Part shown: positions 1 through 11,847 of the stretch, piece by piece
How the letters are laid out: the number at the start of each line of letters is the position of its first letter
Numbering within the stretch: position 1 is the stretch's first letter
Source: Octopus sinensis
Taxonomy: Eukaryota
Direction of reading: 5' to 3'
DNA: 64,000 nucleotides
Assembly (NCBI RefSeq): GCF_006345805.1
Contig: NC_043009.1
Span: forward strand, 60,884,001 to 60,948,000
Notes under the pieces: generated by a model
The model's database searches: none
Told to the model about the DNA's origin: nothing
The model's input: only the letters and a program-made list of their open reading frames with translations
Program-made: the position numbers and the translations under genes

Positions 1-160
1 GTGGCACATAAAAGCACCCATTACACTCTTGGAGTGGTTGGCGTTAGGGAGGACATCCAACCGTAGAAAACCATGCAAAATCAGACTGGAGTCTGGTGCA
101 GCCTTCCAGCTCTGGTCAAACCGTCCAACCCATGCCAGCATGGACAACAGATGTTAAATG
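1..160 (+). mobile_element. 3' end of abundant GAT-tailed retroelement (family D, RTE-type tail or SINE)
   Basis: Same sequence (ggcacataaaagcaccc...gttggcgttaggaagggcatcc...catgccagcatgga...ttaaatgat) recurs at >10 places in the window, ending in (GAT)n. Confidence 0.65.
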
Positions 161-560
161 ATATACACACATACACAATGTATACGTATTTATACACATG
201 CTTACACAATCATACAGACACATTATATGTAACAATGTATACATTTATGTGTGTGTTGTACATAGATATTATCAGTACTTCATTATTTTTAAACAGTTTA
301 TCTTAGATTTCGCACAGATATTGTACCATAGATGACCTTGGATTGAATACCAGTAAGTAATAACTTCTAATTTTGTCACAAGGCCAATGCTTTATTGTTT
401 TATAGGGGGAGGAAGAGGAATAATTAATTTAATTGAAGTACCCTAGATAACGAGATTAAATACACACACATGTACATATACATACATATATATATATATA
501 CACACACACACATATATATACATACATATATATATACATATACACACATATATATACATA

Positions 561-892
561 TGGCTCAGTGGTTAGGGCGTCGAGCTTACGATCGTGAGGT
601 TGTGAGCTCGAATCCCGGACCGGGCTGCGTGTTGTGTTCTTGAGCAAGGCACTTTATTTCACGTTGCTCCAGTTCACTCAACTGTAAAAATGAGTTGCGA
701 CGTCACTGGTGCCAAGCTGTATCGGCCCTTGCCTTTCCCTTGGATAACACTGGTGGCGTGGAGAGGGGAGGCCGGTATGCATGGGCGACTGCTGGTCTTC
801 CATAAACAACCTTGCCCGGACTTGTGTCTAGGAGGGTAACTTTCTAGGTGCAATCCCATGGTCATTCATGACCGAAGGGGGTCTTTACCCTT
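561..892 (+). mobile_element. tRNA-derived CORE-type SINE, full length
   Basis: A box TGGCTCAGTGG, B-box-like GAGCTCGAATCCC, CORE-like gttgtgttcttgagcaaggcacttt...ctgtaaaaatgag; sits between TA-rich microsatellites. Confidence 0.75.
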
Positions 893-1011
893 TATATATA
901 TATATATATATACATATATATACATATACATACATACATATATATACATATACATATATATACATATACATACATATACATATATATACATATACATACA
1001 TATACATACAT

Positions 1012-1085
<74 letters not shown>

Positions 1086-1160
1086 GTGTATATTATATTA
1101 CATGTTTATATTTATACATACAAGTACATATATATATATATATATATATACATACATGAA
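893..1160. repeat. compound (TA)n/(TATACA)n microsatellite
   Basis: Directly visible; source of the YI/HT-rich pseudo-ORFs. Confidence 0.95.
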
Positions 1161-1779
1161 CACATAGATAGACAGATAGTAACATAATATGCACCAGTGA
1201 GCAGAATGATAAATTGCTAAAATGAAAATCAGTGCTGAAGCCTAATTTAAAACCTGGGAAGTCCCCAGCCCACGTTATTAAAACGGAAAACACAGGAGGA
1301 ATCTAAACATATTTGGTGGAATACATGATAACCATTTGTAATATAAACATTACACAGCAAAAATATTTATTGTTCGGCAGCCTACTACAACATACACACA
1401 CATCCACCACTATCAACTATTACAAACATACCAGCAACAACACTACTTCTATACTCATATCAAAATCACTGCTACAGCATACACACACCACCAGCAGTAC
1501 TACAACACATAACACATTATTAGCACTACTCTAACATATACACACACCCACCAACACTGCTACTATATAACACTCGTATTCGGATTAACACACCACTCCT
1601 ACATATACATGTATATATATATACATATATATACATATACATACATATACATACATACATACATATATATATACATATACATGTATATATATATACTACT
1701 AACACTCCTATAATACACACACGTCAACAAGAATACAGCACATACGTACACAACAATAGCACTACTGTAATATAGGCAT

Positions 1780-1915
1780 ACTAACAGCCGTACTACAACA
1801 CACACACACAGCAACACTAACACTACTACAGCATATCCTATACAATAGGCCGTACTACAATACACACACACAGCAACACTAACACTACTACAGCATATCC
1901 TATACAACAGCAGCA
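1780..1915. repeat. ~62-bp tandem duplication within an AC-rich low-complexity tract
   Basis: gccgtactacaa(c/t)acacacacacagcaacactaacactactacagcatatcctatacaa occurs twice in tandem. Confidence 0.8.
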
Positions 1916-2479
1916 GTATTACAAGAGACAAACACATCAAAGGTCTATTATAACACACACAAATAGCATTACCAGAAAACATACACACACATCGAATGTC
2001 CTACTAAACTACACACACATATCGACAACGACAGAGCAACATACACCCACACACGTTAAGAACATAACAGCAGTAATTGGTAGTAGTTTTACACTGCACA
2101 ACATGAAACATACACGCACATACATACATACATACAAGCGCACACATACATACATACATACAAGCGCACACACATACATACATACATACATACAAGCGCA
2201 CACGCACGTAACCGTCGCAATTACTACGATTGTGAGCAGCAGTAACAGTTGCAACAAGAGAGAAGTGGGAGGGGGAGAGAAAGAAAAATACGAGAGAGGG
2301 AGGAAGAGAAGAGAATTAGAAGAGAGAGAGAGAGCGAAGAAGGAGGAGGGGTGGGCGCGTTATGCTAACGGTGAAAAGTTGGAAAACATCACATTATGGC
2401 AGGGTAGGAAGAACAGAATTGAGGTCAGTGCTTGGTGGGGGAAATGGGTGGGGAGAGGCGAGCGAGTTAGATACTGCTT

Positions 2480-2720
2480 CAGTAACTGTCAGAATATACA
2501 CACATACATACATGTATATATATGTATATAACACACACACACACACAAACATATATATATATATATACACACACAAACATACATATATATATATATATAT
2601 TTATAAACATACACACACACATATATATATATATATTTATACACATACATACATATATATATATATATATACATACATATATATATTTATACACATACAT
2701 AAATATATATATATGTTTAT

Positions 2721-2758
<38 letters not shown>

Positions 2759-2835
2759 ACATATATATATTTATACACATACATACACACATATATATAT
2801 ATTTATACACATACATATATATATATATATAATAT
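2480..2835. repeat. compound TA/CA microsatellite
   Basis: Directly visible. Confidence 0.95.
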
Positions 2836-3958
2836 AAAGGAAATGTAATATCGTGCAATGACATCCTTGCATTTCTTTCAAGGACAAGAAATATATTAAG
2901 AAAAGTCGGTGCAAGACTATATTTAAATTGCTCAACTAGTAGTAACATAACCAGTAATATTTCTAATAATAACAACAACAACAGCAGCAATGATTCAGTA
3001 ATCTAATATGGCAATACTAAACTACTAGCTGGTTAAGAGACCTTGATAGACGATAAACAGTGGTTTGTAGCTGACCCCACTGACAGACAGAAAACTGCAA
3101 AAAGTCGGTGACAAAAGGAACCATAGCTCATCCCTCCTCCTCTTCCTTTCTCTCTCTCTCTCTCTGATTGTCTAACTCCTACCTTCTGACAAGACACTTT
3201 TGAATGCAGTGGAGAGAGAGAGAGAATGTGTAAAGGGTGGAGATTGTATTTTCTTTTTTTTTTTTGAAATGTGAACAATTTCAAAAGTAAACAAAAACTA
3301 TAAATAAACGAATAACAGAAAAATGTTTGCGAAAATAGTTTACGAAACTGGAATTTGAACGATGTAATTAATAATAATAATAATATAATAATAATAATAA
3401 CACCAACAGCAAAAACTACCTAAACTGAAATTTAAAATGTTTCAAACTGATTAAGCAGAAACGAAAAGATAAAATATATTTGACAGTTACAAAGGAAGTA
3501 ACTAAACAGAATAGAAACGGTCTGAAGGAAACAAAAAAGGAACGGCTTTTAAAAGCCCTCAAACGGTGGTCATCTAATTTTTTTAGATAATAAAGGATTA
3601 GGAAAAGACACTTGCAGGGCACTTTACGCTTTTCTATTTTTGCGTACATTCAAATTTAATATACACACACATAGATATACATGCAAAATTATGTAGTGTA
3701 TAAATGTATTTATATACTTGCATAAAAATACTATGTATCAATAATGCATATTACAAAATTTTAAACTTATATTAAGAACTATATGTGTGGTGCATGTAAT
3801 GCTTAGCAGAGAAAACACATTCTCCTAATTAGTTTCCATCTCAGCCAACAAATTCAAATCTTTTCAGACGTACTTTCCAATCTCAGCCCTAAAAATTCAG
3901 TAAATTAAACCCAGAGAAAAATCAAAATAAACAAACAATACTAAAATCGGGTAATTAC

Positions 3959-4161
3959 CTCATATTATAAGAAACAAACACCAATCGCATCGTAGGTTAT
4001 GCAGAAACCCTAATGAATCGACACTGGTTCGCATCGAATGTTGAAGGTTCCTTTTGAAGGGGAGAAAAAAAATAGAAAAATCGTCGTCAGATCCCCAAGA
4101 AGTGGGCGCGTACCTCGGGTTTACCGTTGAAGTTGAGGAATATCTATCTGGGCAAGCAACT
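3959..4161 (-). other. candidate first (or 5' UTR) exon of a minus-strand gene, ending ATG-AG|GTAATT
   Basis: Inr-like TCAGTT at 4163-4158, donor AG|GTAATT at 3959/3958, ATG at 3963-3961; internal acceptor (T/C tract + AAG) at 4051/4050; CpG-rich unique sequence. Confidence 0.45.
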
Positions 4162-4243
4162 GACACAATCAGTGTTTACATTAGCCCAGTGGGAGACACC
4201 GACCAATCAGACGGCCGGGTTGAGAGGCAACCGACCAATCAGA
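4158..4243 (-). promoter_or_regulatory. candidate promoter: two GACCAATCAGA (NF-Y) boxes 32 bp apart upstream of an Inr
   Basis: GACCAATCAGA at 4201-4211 and 4233-4243; CCAAT cores about 42-78 nt upstream of the putative TSS at 4161. Confidence 0.55.
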
Positions 4244-4386
4244 AGCGCGCTAGTCACTGTGACAAAAATGAGATCACAACAATATTATCAAACATTCAAA
4301 CGTCAACAACACAACCGTAATTGTTGACTTGAAAATATATACTTAAAGACAGAAAGTGGCTGTGGTGCGCTAGGATATATATATAC

Positions 4387-4442
<56 letters not shown>

Positions 4443-4809
4443 GATAAAGAATAGGGGTTGACTGACTTCAAGTTTCACTTCTAGAAATTTATTCAAACAA
4501 TTAAACCCTACATATAATAAATAACTTTTGGCTCTATCACCACTACTGGTCCCCTTTTTAGCCGTTAATGTTTTCTATTTTTAACCTAAAACCTCTACCC
4601 TAACGCATATACATACATACATACATACATACATACATACATGTGTGTGTATGGGGGGGGGGACGAATTAAATGACTTCAAGCCTCACCCTTCGAAACTT
4701 ACTTTAACGGTTAAACCCCTATATGTAATAAATGCGGTTATATCGCCAGTGCTGGCCCCTTTTCAACGGTTAATTTTTACTGCCATTTCCAAATAAAAAC
4801 TCTAACTTA

Positions 4810-4826
<17 letters not shown>

Positions 4827-4840
<14 letters not shown>

Positions 4841-5314
4841 AATATTTACATACACACATATATATAAATATTTACATACACACATATATATAAATATTTA
4901 CATACACACATATATATAAATATTTACATACACACATATATATAAATATTTACATACACACATATATATAAATATTTACATACACACATATATATAAATA
5001 TTTACATACACACATATATATAAATATTTACATACACACATATATATAAATATTTACATACACACATATATATAAATATTTACATACACACATATATATA
5101 AATATTTACATACACACATATATATAAATATTTACATACACACATATATATAAATATTTACATACACACATATATATAAATATTTACATACACACATATA
5201 TATAAATATTTACATACACACATATATATAAATATTTACATACACACATATATATAAATATTTACATACACACATATATATAAATATTTACATACACACA
5301 TATATACATATATT

Positions 5315-5325
<11 letters not shown>
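4827..5325. repeat. 26-bp minisatellite, about 19 near-identical copies
   Basis: Unit cacacatatatataaatatttacata repeated essentially without variation. Confidence 0.95.
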
Positions 5326-5349
<24 letters not shown>

Positions 5350-6039
5350 ACAGAATGAAAACAAATGTTTCCCCCACCCACCTCACAGCGAATTTAGGTT
5401 GTAAACAAGAAATTGGTTTTCATGGGAATATAACGATTATGAGACAATCCTTCCCATTGTTTCCCTTTTTGTAAATAAAAATCTAGAGGATTGAACTATT
5501 TCCTTATACGGTATTTCCAGTTGGGAGGGGTAAGAGAGATCTTCAAAACAGGATTTGTTTGTGTGTGTTGTTGATTGGAATTGAATCCATGCATACATAT
5601 TAATACACACACACACACACACAAACACATACACACGATCGTTAGGGCGTCGGCATTAAGTAGATTTTGCATTAAGCAAATTTTTACGGTTTTCTGAGCC
5701 TTTCCTAGTTCAAATTCCTTTCTAGTCAGTCAGCTATGCCTTCCGTGCTTACGCGATCGATATAAAAAAGTACCAATCAAAAGCAACAGATCAGTTTTTG
5801 AGTTCAAATTCTCCACATTAAATATAAAGAGGGTTAAAATACGCGAATCTAATGTGGAAGGGGAAAAGGAAATAAAAAGCTAGGAAACGTACAAGGAACT
5901 CCAAACTTGTGACGTTAGTTCATAAAAGCGTTCTCTATTCATTGAAAAGGTGCGACATGATTGGCGTCATATATATACATACATATATTTATGATCTTAA
6001 CAAATATATATAAATATCATAAGTTTCTAAAAGTCATTT

Positions 6040-6421
6040 ACTCTTTTACTTGTTTCAGTCATTTGACTGCGGCCATGCTGGAGTACCGCCTTTAGTCGAG
6101 CAAATCGACCCCGGGACTTATTCTTTGTAAGCCCAGTACTTATTCTATCGGTCTCTTTTGCCGAACCGCTAAGTGACGGGGACGTAAACACACCAGCATC
6201 AGTTGTCAAGCAATGCTAGGGGGACAAACACACGCACACAAACACACACACATACACATATATACGACAGGCTTCTTTCAGTTTCCGTCTACCAAATCCA
6301 CTCACAAGGCATTGGTCGGCCTGGGGCCATAGCAGAAGACACTTGCCCAAGATGCCACGCAGTGGGACTGAACCCGGAACCATGTGGTTGGTTAGCAAGC
6401 TACTTACCACACAGCCACTCC
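6040..6421 (-). mobile_element. tRNA-derived SINE (family A, internal CA/TA tract) with 50-bp TSD
   Basis: Minus-strand head aggagtggctgtgtggtaag...ggttcagtcccac, tail agagta; flanks 5990-6039 and 6422-6471 identical. Confidence 0.9.
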
Positions 6422-6487
6422 TATGATCTTAACAAATATATATAAATATCATAAGTTTCTAAAAGTCATTTGTATATTTTTTTGTTT

Positions 6488-6617
6488 TGTTTTTACTTTT
6501 GCCTGATGAGATGGACGTAGATCACACGTAATGTGTAGCAATATTACATAATCGTTATTTATATTCATGATGTATCTGAACAATATATTATTGAAACGAT
6601 CGTAATGAAGGAATAAA
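6488..6617 (+). ncRNA. decayed type I hammerhead ribozyme candidate
   Basis: CTGATGA at 6503-6509; GAAACGATCGTA at 6593-6604 with palindromic stem III ACGATCGT and GUA cleavage triplet; long weak stem II; wobble-rich stem I. Confidence 0.45.
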
Positions 6618-6676
6618 TGTAATACAATCACCCCATTCTTGAACTCACTTTGCACACATACACATTCATATAGAAT

Positions 6677-6769
<93 letters not shown>

Positions 6770-6781
6770 TATATATATATA

Positions 6782-7049
6782 ATAAAATATTAGGGAGTAA
6801 ATCCAAACTTACAGGGAAAAATTAGATTTAGGATTAAATCTAATGTTATGGTATAAATATATATTATATTATATTAAATTAGAGATAAAACCACTATTAG
6901 GCAAATCAAACAGTGAAAATCATAAGCCAATACATAGAAATAAAATTAATTAAAAAATATAAAATTGGATTTTTATATTTTATATTTTTTTAATTAATTT
7001 TATTTCTATTTTATTTGATTTGCCTAATAGTGGTTTTATCTCTAATTTA

Positions 7050-7060
<11 letters not shown>
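6782..7060. mobile_element. (TA)n-embedded element terminus with fold-back (probable Penelope-like fragment)
   Basis: tattagggagta..tccaaacttacagggaaaaatt also present inverted at ~20010-20055; arms 6866-6910/7014-7058 and ~6933-6965/6975-7010 are inverted repeats. Confidence 0.5.
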
Positions 7061-7086
<26 letters not shown>

Positions 7087-7327
7087 TATAGAATACACAC
7101 AAACACACATTTGAAATGTAATTTAAAGTAAGGTATACTTTTTAATATTTTGATAAACACAATTTTAGCCTCTCTCTAAAGCATTTAAAATGTGGTTACT
7201 CTGCAGACTTTAGTCCCCTGTGGGAAGAAAAATGGGATCAACCAGATCAATTTCTAATTATTACTTTTATTTATTTTATTATTATTATTTTTTTTTTTTT
7301 TGCTTTCATCAAGTAAAGAAAACTTAC

Positions 7328-7334
7328 CTTCTGT
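7328..7334 (-). other. candidate microexon ACAGAAG (7 nt; 3-nt AAG with the alternative acceptor)
   Basis: Minus strand reads ctttatttctcctcAG|acagaag|GTAAGT. Confidence 0.4.
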
Positions 7335-9136
7335 CTGAGGAGAAATAAAGTAGCTTATAGCTCTTTATAGTGCACACACATTTGGTCTCAGCTAAATTGG
7401 TTTAGTCTAATTTGCATAACAGGGTTTTTGCATTCTTTCTCTTTTGAAGTGTTAATAACACTACAAACGTACTTACACACACTCACACACACAGAGCAGT
7501 CTTTGTACAGTTTCTCTCAACCAAACTTACTCCTAAGGCATTGGTCAGCCTGAGGTTACAATACAAAAACATCAGCCCAAAGCGCCACGATCAAGGGTTG
7601 AACCTTAAACCACATGGCTGAGAGGCAAACTTCTTAATCACACAGTTATACTTGTGCCAATCATCATCATCATCACCACCACCATCATCATTTAACGTCT
7701 CTATTCCATGCATACACGGGTAGGATGGTTGATAGGAGCTGGCCAGGTAGAAGACTACCCCCAGTCTATTGCATCTGTTTTGGTGGGATTTTTACGGCTG
7801 GATGTGTGTGTTGTCCATAAATCAGAAAGAAGTACATTTAACAATATAGCTAATATATTTTTTATTTTTATATATAATTGAGTAGTAAATTACTGGTTAT
7901 GTTACATAACTGGTCAGAATGTTACTATTAGTTTCATGCTTATTATTGCACTTGGTTCATTACTGACAACTCTTAAGGGAAAATGGACCTTGTCAGGATT
8001 TGAACTCAGAACATAGAGAGTCAGGACAAACACCACAAGGCATTTCGTGTTACAATCTAATGATTCTGCCATTCTAACACCCTTAAATTTTATATCTATA
8101 GCGTTTTCATTATTTTAATCTGCTTTTCCATGATTGTATAGGACAGAGAAAACTTTATTGAGGCAGATTTCTTCTGGTGGGATGCTCTTTCTGTTGCCAA
8201 TCTTCAATTATTTTCAACGGACATAACATTTCTCCTAGTCAGTGAACAGTGTGATGGCAAGACACAACTTGACAGAGGAATACAAACAAACACTATTTGT
8301 ATGATGGGGAATTTTGCTCACAATAAGCACACTCACACCAGAGGGAAGTGCACGCACACACATACACACACACACAAACAATGGGTGTTTTTCAGCTACC
8401 ATCTACAAAATTTCACTCACAAGGCATAAAGGTTCTTAGTATATTGAAATATTACTTTTAGTTGGAGAAGGAAAGCTAATACTGAACAGCAAATGTTAGT
8501 GTCTCTAAAGAGGGGAGATAATTTGAAAAATAAATTAAGAATGAATTTCACAAAATATTGAATTTTCATGCTCATGAGGGAAAAAAATTTGGTTTTTCTT
8601 AGCATGCATATTTCTGTCTTATTAGACTTCATTAGCAAAGCAGAGTCTTCACAAACCTGTTTTAGCCAGTGGAGAAAGAAAAAGATTCATAAAGATTGTT
8701 AACCTGTATAATTTGCATGAATTACAAAAAGTTGGCTAAAGAAAATTATCTCAAAAAAGGTCAATGACATATAAAAAAAAAGTCAACATTTTTTGTTAAA
8801 AATAAAAAAAAAAACTTTGTTGGACACTATACAAGTCGTGAACTGATTAACAATGTTGCATGCTATCATCATCATCATCATCATTGTTGCCTCTACAAAA
8901 CAATAATTACACAGTGGAACAAGAAAAATGTAAAAACAGTGCCAGCAGCAACTACACCAGTGAATGATGTCAACAACCTGTTGTGGTAGATAAACATCAT
9001 CACCGCAACAAATATCACCACCACCACCACCACCATCACCGTCATCATCATTATCATCATATAACTCAAGTAAATAATTCAACTAGTCAAGTCAACGATC
9101 TGGTTTCAATTATCAGTAACAAACTACTTCACTCAC

Positions 9137-9181
9137 TAGCTGCCCTTTGGAAAAGCCATGAAGGTCACCACATTTCCACCG
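9137..9181 (-). other. candidate 45-nt symmetric exon
   Basis: ttttatttttAG|CGGTGG...CAGCTA|GTGAGT; two open frames (RWKCGDLHGFSKGQL or GGNVVTFMAFPKGS). Confidence 0.45.
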
Positions 9182-9624
9182 CTAAAAATAAAATTTAATT
9201 AAAAAAAGAACACAAAAGTAAATTAAAAAAAAAAAAACTTCAATTTTCAGGTCCACTTCTGTATTTAATGGAGTGATAAAAACATACTGAGAATATCGAT
9301 GCAATTAGCAATAACACACTTCCCCACCTCATGTGGTCCAGAAACCATCACCATCGTCATCATCATCATCATCATCATCATCAACACCACCATCATAGAC
9401 TGGAAGAAACAGTTGAGTTCTGATGATAAACTTTGTAATATTTAGTTACATACCTTGACGATCTAAGTTCAATTCTTGTTAGAATCCATAAAATAGGAAG
9501 CAGTTGCTGTTTAGCCCCAGGTCATCTATACTTGAAGGCATCTTAGCTATGATCATGCACTCTTGTATTGCCAGAGTACTTTATCCAATATGTATTTTTT
9601 TCTCTGATGGTTGAGCCAAACAAC

Positions 9625-9765
9625 CTCATAGTGTGTGAATGACCTGGTACTTACATACATGCCACTGAGCTGACAGGGTGTGAATGACCTGGTGCTTAAC
9701 ATACAACTGAAGCTCCTAGTGTGTGAATGACCTGGTGCTTACATGACAGTGGTCTCATACAGTAT
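9625..9765. repeat. degenerate ~42-bp minisatellite
   Basis: gtgtgaatgacctggt(a/g)ctta occurs three times, with further decayed units to ~10090. Confidence 0.7.
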
Positions 9766-10488
9766 GGTCAGGTACATATAAACCTTTGAACGTATGGTGT
9801 GGTTTGATGCCAACATAACAAAAGACCCACACTACAAGGCCTGGCTTCCCTAATATCACCATGCTCAGTGCCTACATACAACTGAACATATAGTATGTAG
9901 CTTGGTACCTGTACATTCCTAAGCCTATACTATATCAGCAGGAGTCTCTATAACTGAGCTGTTATTTGCTGAGAGCCTCTACACACCAGAGCCCGTAGTG
10001 TTTTTGCCTGGTGCCTATTACATGACTGAACCCAGTGTGTCCTAGTGCCTATGCATCCTTGTGACTATAGTGGATGATTGAGTCCCTATATAACTATGAA
10101 ATTATAGTGTATCACATGGGCTTAAAGTGAAAGATTTTATTAATATCATCATCATCATCATCATCATTATGCACTGCAACATCAAACTCTGTGTTTTTGT
10201 AATCTCCCATCTTTTCAAGGGACTCTGGCAAATAAGTCATTGAAGGAAACAGAGGAGTACAAAGTAAAAGCAGTGGAAAATTTAGTTATTCTTTTTAAAA
10301 TGCAAGTTCAAATCCTGTCCAGTACTGAAGAGGACATTTCTCCTCTTTCATCATCATCACCATTTAATGTCCATTTTCCATGCAGTCTGACTGGAGCTAG
10401 CAAGCTAGAGGGCTGCACCACGTTCCAGTCATCTGTTTTGGCATGGTTTCTACAGCCCGATGCTCTTCCTAACGCCAAATAGTTTATA

Positions 10489-10986
10489 CCGTAAATTCTC
10501 GAGTATAATCCGCATTTTTTCCCCAAAATTTAAAGGTCAAAATCCCTCGTGCGTACTATATACGAGGTTAAAAATGAAAATTATTTTCTAAGCAATGTCC
10601 GAGTCTCTATTTGCTGTCCGACAATGTTTATTCAAACGCATTTTGTGATGTCGGGTGCAAAAATACCTCAAGCTAAGCCTGAAAGCAATGAAGTCATAAA
10701 AGAATCATCCATAACTTGCAGTAAGCAACATTTATCAAACGTTATTACTGTTATTTCTTTATTTTCTGCAAACAAAATGCACAAAAAAGCTACACGTTTG
10801 CATTATGTTATATACACAATAATAATAAAGGACGTTACCGTATACATTTTTACAAACCAAGGACGTTATATAGACCTCCTTGACTCAAGTTAGAGAAGGG
10901 GTACCAATTAGGTTTTCAGAGGTTTAGGTTTTTCAGAGGTACAGCCCCCTAAAAATTCCCTGCGTATTATACTCAAGGATTTACAG
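10489..10986. mobile_element. pogo/Tigger-type MITE (TA target)
   Basis: TIRs ccgtaaattctcgagtataatccgca / tgcgtattatactcaaggatttacag, TA on both sides; second copy inverted at 33553-34037. Confidence 0.85.
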
Positions 10987-11266
10987 TAGTTTATGTGACT
11001 CCAGCATGGGTGCTTTTTATATGGCACCGGCACATGTACTTCTTTACATGGAAATGTATATAAATGTGTGTGTATGCAATTACAGTCAAGGAAAATAAAA
11101 AGAAGAACAATTCATTAAGTTAAGTAGCAGTCAAAACTATTGTTCAATGTGCCTCGTGTGACAACATTCACCAAAAATTCTCACATTTTTTTATATTCTT
11201 TTTGTATTCCAGTTAAACTTTCTTTTTCAGCTGATTTCATTTGAATAATAACACCTTATATATGTT

Positions 11267-11341
<75 letters not shown>

Positions 11342-11544
11342 CATAACATAAAATGCAAGTTTCTTCATGAGAATAAAGACTAGAATTTGGTACATGGGTG
11401 TAACGTTTTCTCCTATTTACTATTATTCGGGAAAACCACAACAATATAATAAGTATTTAAATTTATATATGGTGCCCAGCATGACCACAGCTCATGAGCT
11501 GAAACTAGATAAAATAAAAACTTTAAAAAATATATATATCGCCT

Positions 11545-11798
11545 TACTGGCATCTGTGAGGTGGCATGTGTAAAAGATTCAAGTGAAGTCGTTGCCAGAA
11601 CCACCTGACTGGCCCCATGCCGGCGGCACGTAAAAGCACCCACTACACTCTCAGAGTGGTTGGCGTTAGGAAAGGCATCCAGCTGTAGAAACTCTGCCAG
11701 ATCAAGATTGAAGCCTGGTGCAGCCATCTGGTTCGCCAGCCCCCAGCCAAATCGTCCAACCCATGCTAGCATGGAAAGCGGACGTTAAACAATGATGA

Positions 11799-11800
<2 letters not shown>
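11545..11800 (+). mobile_element. family D GAT-tailed element, 5' truncated
   Basis: Matches the copies at 1-160, 12725-13025 and 62840-63295; ends ggacgttaaacaatgatgatg. Confidence 0.75.

Positions 11801-11847
<47 letters not shown>

Noticed and set aside
561-625. tRNA-like sequences in SINE heads as tRNA genes
   Set aside because: No closing acceptor stem or poly-T terminator; each runs directly into a SINE body.
456-2990. Many 60-156 aa ORFs rich in Y/I/H/T or C/V/M (also at 21.4-23.8 kb and elsewhere)
   Set aside because: They are translations of TA/CA microsatellites, which lack stop codons in several frames.
4054-4320. 88-aa plus-strand ORF (MKGRKKIEK...)
   Set aside because: Starts at TTG, has no recognisable motif and overlaps the candidate promoter; the promoter reading explains the sequence better.
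4827-5325. Regular short repeats as a CRISPR array (also 9625-9765 and 28540-28790)
   Set aside because: No unique spacers, no cas genes and a eukaryotic context; these are minisatellites.
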